A stretch of DNA of 63,328 nucleotides from Pseudomonadota bacterium (lineage in GTDB: Bacteria > Pseudomonadota > Gammaproteobacteria > UBA9214). Both the position numbers and the translations under genes were made by a program. The notes under the pieces were generated by a model. That model was not told where the DNA came from and did no database searches. It saw only the letters and a program-made list of their open reading frames with translations. Where the stretch lies: NCBI GenBank assembly GCA_039714155.1, contig JBDLJX010000003.1, forward strand, positions 1 through 63,328, written 5' to 3'. How positions within the stretch are numbered: position 1 is the first letter of the stretch; each line of letters opens with the position of its first letter. Below are positions 36,654 to 46,139 of the stretch, one piece after another.

Positions 36654-37958
36654 ATGATGAGTATCTGGTCACAGGCCAAAGATCTGGCAGCACAAACGCC
36701 CGGCGATCGGAATCGATATGTCGATTTTCTTCGTGCCGTGTCAATCCTGGCGGTAATCACCGGCCATTGGCTGATTGCTGCTCTTTATTACCATGACGGA
36801 TCGCTAACCCCGGGTGATCTGCTCGTAATTCAACCCGATACGCAGTGGTTGACCTGGCTGTTCCAGGTTATGCCGATATTCTTCATCGTCGGTGGTTATG
36901 CCAATGCCGTCTCGCTGGAAAGCGCACGCCGACGCGAGATTGGTTATGCGGGTTGGCTGGCAGCGCGCCTTAATCGCCTCGTTACACCGCTGCTTGTCTT
37001 GTTGCTGGGTTGGGCGTTACTCGCGGCAATATTGTATTTCTCGGGCGTCAGTGGCGATGTTACCCGGCTCGCATCCCGGGCTGCTCTGATCCCAACCTGG
37101 TTTCTTGCGATCTATATCATGGTAGTCGTACTTGCCCCGGCAACCTACATCGCGTGGCGGCGTTGGGGTTTTGCCTCGTTTTGGGCGCTTGCGGCAGTCG
37201 GCGCCCTCGTCGATATCGCCTTTTTCGCGGCTGATCTTCAATGGCTGGGCTGGAGTAATTACTTCTGGATCTGGCTCTCCGTTCACCATCTTGGATATGC
37301 CTGGCGGGATGGCCGCATGGGTAGCCCGGCGCGGCTGTTGACTTACTCAGCGCTCGGCTTGTTGGCGCTGGGGTTGCTGGTTTTCAAAGGGCCGTATCCT
37401 TTTGCGATGGTGGGATCACCGGACGATGGCTTAAGCAACTCACTCCCGCCGAAAATTACGTTACTGATGCTCGGCATTTCCCAGTTCGGTTTGCTCCTGG
37501 CAATTGAAGGTCCGATGCGACGCATGTTGTCCGGCATTCGTGTTTGGGCTGCAACGGTATTGATCAATAGCATGATCATGACCCTCTATCTCTGGCACCT
37601 GACCGTAATGGTGATCATCGTTGCACTGGCTTACCTGGCAGGGGGTCTGGGGCTGGGACTGGAACCGGGGAGTGCCGACTGGTGGGTCACTCGACCGATA
37701 TGGATAGCCGTTCTTTATGCCGCGTTATTGCCGGTAACCTTGCTGTTCTCGCCGTTCGAAAGACGTGCGCGCGCCGCTGACGCAGCAGTTCCGGCAACAG
37801 CGAGGCTGGTCGGTGGCGCCGCGCTTCTTTGCCTTGGCGTTGCGCTACTCGCCCTTTTTGGATTCGGAAGTGCTCCGTTGCCGAGGCTTGATATTGCTGC
37901 ATTCCTGATGGTAGTTGCAGGAGCTGCAATCAGTGGTTTACTGCCCGGGTTCAAATAA
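36654..37958 (+). CDS. Acyltransferase-3 family membrane protein
   Basis: RNRYVDFLRA......V..GHW, FQVMP.FF.VGGYAN, LYLWH; ORF-track extension to 36597 comes from the MITE. Confidence 0.88.
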   Translation: MMSIWSQAKDLAAQTPGDRNRYVDFLRAVSILAVITGHWLIAALYYHDGSLTPGDLLVIQPDTQWLTWLFQVMPIFFIVGGYANAVSLESARRREIGYAGWLAARLNRLVTPLLVLLLGWALLAAILYFSGVSGDVTRLASRAALIPTWFLAIYIMVVVLAPATYIAWRRWGFASFWALAAVGALVDIAFFAADLQWLGWSNYFWIWLSVHHLGYAWRDGRMGSPARLLTYSALGLLALGLLVFKGPYPFAMVGSPDDGLSNSLPPKITLLMLGISQFGLLLAIEGPMRRMLSGIRVWAATVLINSMIMTLYLWHLTVMVIIVALAYLAGGLGLGLEPGSADWWVTRPIWIAVLYAALLPVTLLFSPFERRARAADAAVPATARLVGGAALLCLGVALLALFGFGSAPLPRLDIAAFLMVVAGAAISGLLPGFK

Positions 37959-38041
37959 GATCTGAAGATCGGGGCATTTCCGACAGTTGTGTGAGCCGAT
38001 TACAGGATCGGCCGGCTTGCGTATATAGTTGCCCGAACCTA

Positions 38042-38204
38042 ACCCGAAAAATTCATAAATCATGCGCAATCTCGCTTGTCTCTTGACTCCACAAGGAATA
38101 TTTCCTCGGTCGGCCGTAATCACCGATACGCCACTCCCTCGAAAATTTCCTTGTGAAACCAATATCCTGCGCGATCTTTGCGCAGATTTATGAAATTTCC
38201 GGGC
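38042..38204 (-). mobile_element. 163 bp ERIC-like element (subfamily C) flanked by TA on both sides
   Basis: Near-identical reverse complement at 60413-~60560; homologous to subfamily B. Confidence 0.8.
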
Positions 38205-38293
38205 TAAAGAGGGGAAACGCCGGAGTGCACGACAAAACCGACAGGTCGAACACAAACCTCGATCCACCGAATCGGGGAGGGTCGGGCCAGGGT

Positions 38294-39178
38294 GTGTCGT
38301 CCACCTACGCCATCGGCGACGTCCAGGGCTGCTTCGATGACCTGCTGAGGCTCCTGGAGAAGCTTGACTTCGATCCGGACGTCGACCGTCTCTGGTTTAC
38401 CGGAGATCTCGTCAACAAGGGACCCAACTCACTGGAGTTGTTGCGCTTCGTGCGCGGCCTCGGCAACGCCGCCATCAGCGTACTCGGCAACCACGACCTG
38501 CACCTCCTGGCCGTGGCCGCCGGGGCGGTCAAGATCCGCAAGAAGGACACTATCGCCGAGATCCTCGACGCCCCCGACTGCGAGGAGTTCCTGTTCTGGC
38601 TGCGCCACCAACCGGTCCTGCACCACAGCGAGACCCTCGGTTTCACCATGGTCCATGCCGGGCTCCCTCCCCAGTGGGATCTGGATAAAGCCCGGCAATG
38701 CGCCCGCGAGCTGGAGACCGTGCTGCAGAATTCCGGTTACGAGGACCTGTTCCTGCACCTTCCGGGAGACGGACCGCTGCGCTGGCGGGAAGATCTGGAC
38801 GGCTGGGGGCGCCTTCGTTTCATCACCAACTGCTTCACCCAGCTGCGCTGGTGCGACCTCAGCGGCCGCATCGATCTGCCGGGGAAAAGACGAACGGCCC
38901 CGGCGAAGAAAAAACGCTCGCGGCCCTGGTTTGAGATCCCGCACCGTGCCAGCAAACCGCTGTGGATTCTTTTCGGACACTGGGCGAAGCTCGTAGTCGC
39001 CCCGCCGGCCAGAGGGGCCGCGGGTGTGGTCCCCCTGGACACCGGCTGTGCCAACGGCGGCCGGTTCACCGCGTTTCGACTCGAAGACTGGCGCCACTTC
39101 AAGCTAAAGTGCAAGAACAAGGCCGTGCCCTGGAGAAGTCTCGCGACGTCCGACCGTGACGCCCAGGAAGACCCATGA
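38294..39178 (+). CDS. apaH: Symmetrical Ap4A hydrolase ApaH
   Basis: YAIGDVQGC, LWFTGDLVNKGP.SL, LGNHDLHLL, MVHAG, FGHWA, LDTGC. Confidence 0.9.
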   Translation: MSSTYAIGDVQGCFDDLLRLLEKLDFDPDVDRLWFTGDLVNKGPNSLELLRFVRGLGNAAISVLGNHDLHLLAVAAGAVKIRKKDTIAEILDAPDCEEFLFWLRHQPVLHHSETLGFTMVHAGLPPQWDLDKARQCARELETVLQNSGYEDLFLHLPGDGPLRWREDLDGWGRLRFITNCFTQLRWCDLSGRIDLPGKRRTAPAKKKRSRPWFEIPHRASKPLWILFGHWAKLVVAPPARGAAGVVPLDTGCANGGRFTAFRLEDWRHFKLKCKNKAVPWRSLATSDRDAQEDP

Positions 39179-39272
39179 GGCGTTTAGCAACCAAACCAGA
39201 GCCTCCCGTTATATACAGAAAACCCACAAGCAGGACCCGCGCCTCGCGGGGAATACTTACCATTCCCCAAGG

Positions 39273-40526
39273 TTACGTTTCCTCACTGGCCGGAACACCG
39301 GCAGGATGTCGTATATTGACCTGGTCAATACTGCGGTCTGATGCCCTGACAATCCTGACTTCCAGATTGTCGATTGTGAATATTTCATCCTCACACGGAA
39401 TATATTCCGTATGGTTCAGGATCCACAGGCTTACTGTATCGGTTGGTTTGCCGGGAAGATCCACATCAAAGAACTCTTCCACCACCCGTAGTTCAGCCGA
39501 GCCTTCCACAATAATCTCATTCCTGGAAACACTGTCGACATCGAGTGGTGCAACATCACTTTCATCATAGATTTCGCCGACCAGCTCCTCGAGCAGGTCT
39601 TCGAGTGTCGCGATTCCCCGCACATCACCGTATTCATCCACGACGATTGAGAAAAGGCGGTTACGCCGTCTTAACGTGGCAAACAGATCATCGATGGCCT
39701 GGTACTGCGACACAAACAGCGGCTCGTGGGCAATATTGCCCAGCCGTTCTTCCATCTGGCCGTTCGCGGAAGCCCTGAGCAGATCCCTCAGGTACAGCAC
39801 CTTCGTAAAGTTATCGTTTTGTCCTTCAAACAAAGGTATCCGCGAGTACCGCTCCTGTGAGACCACCGGCAGCGCCTCGGCAACCGTAAGGGTGGCATCC
39901 AGGGAAAATATCCGGCCCTTGGGCGTCATGACATCCCTGACTTTCAGGTCATTGAAGGCAAATACCCGCTCGATAATTTCCCTTTCATCATGTTCGATGG
40001 CGCCTTCCTCGACACCGTATCCCAGCATACCGATGAGTTCCAACTCGGTAACCGTTGGATCGCTCTTGCCACCCGTCAGGCGATGTACCCAGTTGGTAAA
40101 GTGGCCAAAGAACCAGACCAGCGGATAGATCAGGCGCATGAATAGCAGCAACGGGTAAGAGATGAACAGTGAAATGCGCTCGGAATAACGTGTTGCCAGA
40201 CTCTTGGGGGTAATTTCACCAAATACCAGAATAAACAGGGTAAGCACACCAACGGCAATACCGGGTCCGGCACTGCCAAATTCCCGTATTGCAACGACCG
40301 TCGCCAGTGCCGAAGCCGCAATATTGACCAGGTTGTTCCCTATCAGGATTGTCGTCAGCATTCGCGAAGGGTCTTTCTTGAGCTGGTACAGCGCCTTTGC
40401 GCCGGCACGGTCTTCCTTGACAAGGGCCTCCGCCCGCGCCATCGACAATGCTACCAGGGCCGTCTCCGAACCGGAAAAAATACCGGAGAAAACCAGCAAG
40501 ACCAGCAGAATACCAATCTCAATCAT
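39273..40526 (-). CDS. Hemolysin/CNNM family (DUF21-CBS-CBS-CorC_HlyC) membrane protein
   Basis: FSGSETAL, ILIGNNLVN, FGEITPK, YSRIP, VDEYG..G..TLEDLLEELVGEI.DE. Confidence 0.92.
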   Translation of the reverse strand: MIEIGILLVLLVFSGIFSGSETALVALSMARAEALVKEDRAGAKALYQLKKDPSRMLTTILIGNNLVNIAASALATVVAIREFGSAGPGIAVGVLTLFILVFGEITPKSLATRYSERISLFISYPLLLFMRLIYPLVWFFGHFTNWVHRLTGGKSDPTVTELELIGMLGYGVEEGAIEHDEREIIERVFAFNDLKVRDVMTPKGRIFSLDATLTVAEALPVVSQERYSRIPLFEGQNDNFTKVLYLRDLLRASANGQMEERLGNIAHEPLFVSQYQAIDDLFATLRRRNRLFSIVVDEYGDVRGIATLEDLLEELVGEIYDESDVAPLDVDSVSRNEIIVEGSAELRVVEEFFDVDLPGKPTDTVSLWILNHTEYIPCEDEIFTIDNLEVRIVRASDRSIDQVNIRHPAGVPASEET

Positions 40527-40736
40527 TCATTCTTACCTGAAACAACCCCAACACCCGCAATGGCTGCATGAGGCGGTTTGCATTGCATGATTGGGAGTTT
40601 TAGTGACAGAATAGACTATATAACAAATACGGTTTCCGAATTACCATGCATACTTGTCATATTCAGGCACCTGTCTGAGTAATCAGTCTGGCGCAGACAC
40701 GATTATCACCGGAGAGCAACCCGGACAATACAACAA

Positions 40737-42284
40737 ATGCGTATCGAATTTATCATTCCCGAAGATCTGGACTACGAAGACCTGCAGTCAACGCTTCGGA
40801 AAAACACCCGGATGCTCCCGGAACCGGTACGGACAATCTACAGGACGTACTACGACAGTTTTGACTGGCGCCTGTATCAGAACGATTCCCTGCTTGAAGA
40901 CACCCGTGACGGCAATGAACACACACTGGTGTGGCAGACCCTGAAGGGCGAATACCGCTGCCCCCGGTTAAAGCTGCATGCAGCACCCCGGTTTGCCAGA
41001 GACCTGCCACATGGACCGTTTCGCAACAGCCTGGAACCGGTGCTTGAAATGCGCGAACTCATCCCGAAAGTCAGGATCCGTTCCCGGATCAATAGCCTGC
41101 GCATCCTGAACAGGGACGAAAAAACCGTGGCCTGGCTGACAGTCGAGGAAAACACCCTGCTGCGGCAGAAAGGGACACGCTCCGGAAAACTTGATAAGCG
41201 GGCTGTAGTGATTCCGGTCAGGGGCTACCCGAAACCCGGCAAGGCGCTGGCAAGACGCCTTCAGGAGCAGGGTCTGACCCCCGCGCAGGATGACCTCATG
41301 CTGGCGGCCCTGTCCACTACCGGTGCAATACCGGCCAGCTATTCTTCCAAGCTGGACCTGAAGCTGGATCCCGCCATGCGTGCAGACAGGACAACCAAGG
41401 TCATCCTGCACCGGCTCCTCGATATCATGTTACAAAACGAGGCTGGCACCCGCACGGGTACGGATACCGAATTCCTGCATGATTTCCGTGTCGCAATCCG
41501 CCGCACCCGTTCGGCCCTCACCCAGATCAAGGCGGTATTTCCGAAACGCATCGTTGACCGTTATAAAACCGAATTTGCCTGGCTCGGCGGGGTAACCAGC
41601 CCCAGCCGTGACCTGGATGTGTATTTACTGAATTTTGATGAATACCGTGACAGCCTGTCAGCCGCCATGCAGGCCGATATCGAACCACTGCGTGATTTTC
41701 TCATCAGGCACCAGAAGACTGAACACAGGACCCTGGTCAAGGCACTGGATTCGGCGCGCTACCGCCGGCTGATCAGGAACTGGCGTCTGTTTCTGGACCA
41801 GCCGGTCAACGAACGCTCGACACTGAAAAATGCAGGCCGGCCCGTCATTGAGGTTGCCTGCGAACGGATCTGGCGTGTCTACCGGTGCGCCATCCGGGAG
41901 GGTAATGCGATCAATGCAGAGTCGCCCGCGGATGCCCTGCATGAACTGCGCAAGACCTGCAAGAAACTGCGATATCTCATGGAGTTCTTCCAGAGCCTGT
42001 ATACGACCGGTAATATCAAGGAGTTAATCCGGGTACTCAAGACACTGCAGGACAACCTGGGTAATTTTCAGGATTACGAGGTACAGGTCACCACATTGAA
42101 AAAATTCAGCCACCAGATGGTTGCCGAAGGTACAGTCCCTCCTGATACGCTGCTCGCCATGGGTATGCTTATCGACGGCCTGGAACGGCGCCAGCATCAG
42201 GCGCGGGAAGAATTTGCCGGCCGGTTCGCGAATTTCTACCTGCAGGAAAATCAGGACCGGTTCCGGAAACTGTTCGCATATTAA
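40737..42284 (+). CDS. CYTH-like + CHAD domain protein (polyphosphate-binding family)
   Basis: YYDSFDWRL; E.LHDFRVA.RR.RS; LHELRK.CKKLRY..E, LQD.LG..QD. Confidence 0.9.
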   Translation: MRIEFIIPEDLDYEDLQSTLRKNTRMLPEPVRTIYRTYYDSFDWRLYQNDSLLEDTRDGNEHTLVWQTLKGEYRCPRLKLHAAPRFARDLPHGPFRNSLEPVLEMRELIPKVRIRSRINSLRILNRDEKTVAWLTVEENTLLRQKGTRSGKLDKRAVVIPVRGYPKPGKALARRLQEQGLTPAQDDLMLAALSTTGAIPASYSSKLDLKLDPAMRADRTTKVILHRLLDIMLQNEAGTRTGTDTEFLHDFRVAIRRTRSALTQIKAVFPKRIVDRYKTEFAWLGGVTSPSRDLDVYLLNFDEYRDSLSAAMQADIEPLRDFLIRHQKTEHRTLVKALDSARYRRLIRNWRLFLDQPVNERSTLKNAGRPVIEVACERIWRVYRCAIREGNAINAESPADALHELRKTCKKLRYLMEFFQSLYTTGNIKELIRVLKTLQDNLGNFQDYEVQVTTLKKFSHQMVAEGTVPPDTLLAMGMLIDGLERRQHQAREEFAGRFANFYLQENQDRFRKLFAY

Positions 42285-42300
42285 CCAGGGAACCCCCAGT

Positions 42301-43053
42301 TTGAAAGTAATCGCCACATACAACATCAAGGGCGGTGTCGGCAAGACGGCAACCGCGGTTAACCTCGCCTGGCTGGCGGCCCGCGAAGGTGCGCCAACAC
42401 TGGTCTGGGACCTCGATCCCCAGGGCGCCGCAAGCTACTACTTCCGTATCAAACCCAGTATCAAGGGAGGCGGCAAACGCCTGGTTCAGGGCAAGCGGGA
42501 CCTGGATGATTTTATCCGCGGTACCGATTATGAACTGCTCGATCTGCTGCCAGCGGATTTTTCCTACCGGAATATGGATCTTTACCTGGAACAGGCGAAA
42601 AACCCGATACGCCAGCTGCGCAAACTGCTCAAACCCTTCAAGAGTGAATATTACTATGTTTTTCTTGACTGCCCGCCGAGCATTTCCCTGGTATCGGAAA
42701 ACATCTTCGAGGCGACCGACACGGTGCTGGTACCAACCATACCAACCACCCTGTCGTTGCGCACCTACAAGCAGATCCGGAAATTTTTCCGGCAGCACGC
42801 ACTTGACACAGTCAAGATCCTGCCGTTCTTCTCTATGGTCGACCGCCGCAAGCAAATGCACCGCACTATCGTTGACAACCCGCCCGGGTACGTGGAGAAC
42901 CTCCTGCAGAACCATATTCCCTACAACAGTATCGTTGAGCGTATGGGAGACTATCGTGCCCCGCTGGGCGAATTTGCACCCAACAGCCATGCCAGCCGCT
43001 GCTATGAGGCCCTGTGGGAAGATGTCAGACAGCAGTTATCCGGCCAGGAATAA
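42301..43053 (+). CDS. ParA/Soj family ATPase
   Basis: YNIKGGVGKT deviant Walker A, WDLDPQG, DCPPS; TTG start 42301. Confidence 0.9.
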   Translation: MKVIATYNIKGGVGKTATAVNLAWLAAREGAPTLVWDLDPQGAASYYFRIKPSIKGGGKRLVQGKRDLDDFIRGTDYELLDLLPADFSYRNMDLYLEQAKNPIRQLRKLLKPFKSEYYYVFLDCPPSISLVSENIFEATDTVLVPTIPTTLSLRTYKQIRKFFRQHALDTVKILPFFSMVDRRKQMHRTIVDNPPGYVENLLQNHIPYNSIVERMGDYRAPLGEFAPNSHASRCYEALWEDVRQQLSGQE

Positions 43054-43128
43054 GCCGCTTATTTCCAGGGAGTATCCCGGCAACAGCACACCCGCATCCT
43101 GCGGGTCTGAATCCTCACACCGTAATAA

Positions 43129-43142
43129 TTGATCCAGATCAA
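43129..43142. promoter_or_regulatory. FNR/Anr-type box
   Basis: TTGAT-ccag-ATCAA, perfect consensus; AATACT ~20 nt downstream. Confidence 0.7.
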
Positions 43143-43250
43143 AAAAACGCCATATATCAGGCAATACTGATTGCTCCTGACTCAGCCTGATGCCAGCATG
43201 TTTAGTTCACTAATCATGTCACCTTGAAAAAATTGAGGGGGTTAAGGAAC

Positions 43251-43601
43251 ATGAAACCAGCCATTATCGATATTCCCGGCATCGGGCCGGCAGCAGCAGA
43301 AACACTGGCCGAACATCGCATCAGGAGTCTTGCCGGCCTTGCCAGGGCATCTGTCGAGAAAATCACCGCCATTCCCGGTTTCAGTGAAGCACGCGCCACC
43401 CAGGTCATCGCAGCCGCCGCCGAGCTGCTTGCCGCATCAGGAACAACCCCGGCAGCCAAAGACGCAGGTGAGGAATCCGGGAAAAAGACCAAGTCTGGCG
43501 GCAAAGGCAAAAAAGACAAGAAGAAAAAAGACAAGGGAAAAGGCAAGAATAAGGGTAAAGGTAAGGGCAAGAACAAGGGAAAGAAGAAAGGCAAGAAATA
43601 G
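43251..43601 (+). CDS. Helix-hairpin-helix protein with Lys/Gly-rich tail
   Basis: IPGIGPAAA..L and IPGFSEARA HhH pair; tail KGKKDKKKKDKGKGKNKGKGKGKNKGKKKGKK. Confidence 0.85.
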   Translation: MKPAIIDIPGIGPAAAETLAEHRIRSLAGLARASVEKITAIPGFSEARATQVIAAAAELLAASGTTPAAKDAGEESGKKTKSGGKGKKDKKKKDKGKGKNKGKGKGKNKGKKKGKK

Positions 43602-43667
43602 TACTGACGCCACTAACCGGCATCGTCGACTCCTGAAAACCATTTCGGATCAGCCGGCAGTTGCTGT

Positions 43668-43691
43668 GCAGGAGCGGGCTCTAGCCCGCGA
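43668..43691 (+). repeat. Family A REP
   Basis: gcaggagcgggctctagcccgcga. Confidence 0.7.
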
Positions 43692-43809
43692 ACCCTGTCT
43701 CCCCCGGCCACCACTTTCGCCAGTAAGCTGGCTCCTGCAACCAACTGCCCGGGCATGCGACCATTGTGTGCCCATCATATGCACCAGTCATTCCGGCCAC
43801 TCTCGAAAT

Positions 43810-43854
43810 TTATCATCACATGGTAATAAAACGGTAACATTCCGCTGTTATTGT
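43810..43854 (+). promoter_or_regulatory. Tandem Pho box upstream of pstS
   Basis: TTATCAT-caca-TGGTAAT-aaaa-CGGTAAC (11 bp period), 10 nt, TATTGT. Confidence 0.65.
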
Positions 43855-44021
43855 TAGCTAACCTTAAGCTAACGCAAATTTAATATCTCTCTAATACTGA
43901 CCTGACAACACGTCTCTTCAGCGACTGGAATAACCGTCTCCACAAGCTGGAAAGACTGTAAACGCCGGGAGAAAACCGGTGTTTATGTGTAATGCATACA
44001 TATTCAACTGGAGCTGAAATC

Positions 44022-44894
44022 ATGAAACTGAAACTCATTCTTTCCACAACGCTGCTGGTGTCCGCCCTGCTAACCACAATGGCCCCGCAGGCACGCACCC
44101 TGATCCAGAACAAGGGCTCGGATACACTGGTCAATGTCGCCCAGGCCTGGGCAGAAGCCTACCCGAAGGTTAACCCCGATGTCGCTGTTGCTGTCTCCGG
44201 CGGCGGCTCCGGCACGGGCATTGCGGCCATGATCAACGGCACGGTGGATATTGCCAACGCCAGCCGCAAGATGAAGGCCAAGGAGATGAAGCTGGCCAAG
44301 GAAAACGGCCAGTCACCGGTCGAGCATGTCGTCGGCTACGATGCGCTGGCGGTATTCATTCACAGGGACAACCCGGTCAAGTCCATGTCGCTGGCACAAT
44401 TAAAGGACATCTACGGCCGTGACCCCAAGGTCAAAAAGTGGTCGGACATGGGCATCACCGTTCCCGGCTGCAAGGACAAGATTGTGGTGGTGAGCCGGCA
44501 GAACAATTCCGGCACCTACGTCTATTTCAAGGAGACCGTGCTGGGCAAGAAAGGCAAGTATCGCCAGGGAACACTGGATATGCACGGCTCCAAGGATGTT
44601 GTTGACCTGGTCGAGAAGACACCCTGCGCCATCGGCTACAGTGGTCTGGCCTATGCCACGGACCACCTCAAGATGGTCTGCATAGCAAAAGACGGCGCGG
44701 ATGCCTGTGTAAACCCGAGTGTTGGAACAGCCAGCGACCGCAGTTATCCCATTGCCCGTCCGCTGTTCATGTACACCGACGGTGAGCCCAAGGGCGCGAT
44801 CAAGGCCTACATGGACTGGATTCAGAGCGATGCCGGTCAATGTATATTGAAGAAAAAAGGCTACGCCCCAATACGCGCCGTCAAGTGCGACTGA
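44022..44894 (+). CDS. pstS: Phosphate ABC transporter substrate-binding protein
   Basis: KGSDT, GGGSGTGI, DIANASR, SRQNNSGTY..F, YPIARPLFMY; ATG 44022 after GGAG. Confidence 0.93.
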   Translation: MKLKLILSTTLLVSALLTTMAPQARTLIQNKGSDTLVNVAQAWAEAYPKVNPDVAVAVSGGGSGTGIAAMINGTVDIANASRKMKAKEMKLAKENGQSPVEHVVGYDALAVFIHRDNPVKSMSLAQLKDIYGRDPKVKKWSDMGITVPGCKDKIVVVSRQNNSGTYVYFKETVLGKKGKYRQGTLDMHGSKDVVDLVEKTPCAIGYSGLAYATDHLKMVCIAKDGADACVNPSVGTASDRSYPIARPLFMYTDGEPKGAIKAYMDWIQSDAGQCILKKKGYAPIRAVKCD

Positions 44895-44935
44895 GCTTCA
44901 ATTCTTTACACTGGGTCAGGTTCTTGACCGGTCCT

Positions 44936-44983
44936 GTGGGAGCGCCGTCCCCGGCGCGATTCGCGGCTGGAAGCCGCTCCTGC
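44936..44983. repeat. Head-to-head family A REP pair
   Basis: gtgggagcgccgtccccggcgcga-t-tcgcggctggaagccgctcctgc. Confidence 0.8.
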
Positions 44984-45052
44984 AGTAAGAGATTTTGCAA
45001 TGACCGGCATAACTACAAATTTTTTCAAGCTGCAACCACGGGATGCTAGACA

Positions 45053-46138
45053 ATGAGTCACTACGAAGAACGTCTGGAAAGAGACCTGGCCGCCATCCGC
45101 GTACAGGTGGCAGACATGGCCGCCCTGGTGGAAACAGGGGTCAAGAATGCCATGCACGCACTGCAAACCGGCAATAGCAAGCTCGCATCCGCCACCGTAC
45201 TTGCAGACCACCCGATCAACCGCTCCATGCGGTGGATCGACCAGTTATGTCATAAATTCATTGCCCTGCACCTGCCGAGCGCGGGTCATCTGCGGTTGCT
45301 GTCCTCCGTGATCCGGGCAAACATCGAACTGGAACGGATCGGAGATTACGCCGTCACCATCGCCCGCGAGGCATTACAACTGTCGGCACCTCCGTCAGGA
45401 CCAATGTCCCGTGAACTGGAACGTGTCGGCAGCGAGACGCAACTCATGCTGGGCCAGTCCATCAAGGCCTTTAACGAGCTCAATCCTGAAATGGCAAAAG
45501 GCACCATGATCATGGAAGAGCAGATGGAGAATGACCTGGACATCATCTATTCCGAGTTGATGGCCAATGACGACCGGGATGCGGTCAAGAACCTGCTGGC
45601 GATGTTCGCCGTTTTCACCCAGCTGAAACGGATCGCAGACCAGGCCAAGAACCTCTGCGAGGAAACGGTTTTCGCCGCTACCGGTGACACCAAGGCACCC
45701 AAGGTCTACAACATCCTGTTCATTGACGAGGACAACAGTTGTCAAAGCCAGATCGCCGAGGCCATTGCCCGCAAGAACTTTCCCGAAAGCGGCAACTACA
45801 CCAGCGCCGGGCGGCAACCTGCCGCCGGGCTGAATCCTGCCATGGTGGAATTTCTTGACAGCCATGGCGTAAGCCTTGCTGACACCGCCAAACCCAGACC
45901 CCTTGACATGACCCCGCTGGAACTGACCACACAGCATTTCATCGTCAGCCTGCAGGGCACGGTCAACTCCTACTTCGACCTGATCCCCTTCCACACCACC
46001 CCTCTGGAGTGGGACGTCGGTCCCGCCCCGGAGAGTAGTGATGAAGCCGGCATCAAGCGAATGGAAGAACTCTACCGTGACACGGCCGTCCAGGTTCGTG
46101 ACCTGATGGAAGCCCTGCGCGGTAAGGAAGCGCCTTGA
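45053..46138 (+). CDS. phoU: PhoU fused to a degenerate LMW-PTP/ArsC-like domain
   Basis: ELERIGDYA and LKRIADQAKNLCE PhoU repeats; ILFIDEDNSCQSQIAEA...SAG in place of C(X)5R. Confidence 0.85.
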   Translation: MSHYEERLERDLAAIRVQVADMAALVETGVKNAMHALQTGNSKLASATVLADHPINRSMRWIDQLCHKFIALHLPSAGHLRLLSSVIRANIELERIGDYAVTIAREALQLSAPPSGPMSRELERVGSETQLMLGQSIKAFNELNPEMAKGTMIMEEQMENDLDIIYSELMANDDRDAVKNLLAMFAVFTQLKRIADQAKNLCEETVFAATGDTKAPKVYNILFIDEDNSCQSQIAEAIARKNFPESGNYTSAGRQPAAGLNPAMVEFLDSHGVSLADTAKPRPLDMTPLELTTQHFIVSLQGTVNSYFDLIPFHTTPLEWDVGPAPESSDEAGIKRMEELYRDTAVQVRDLMEALRGKEAP

Positions 46139-46139
46139 T

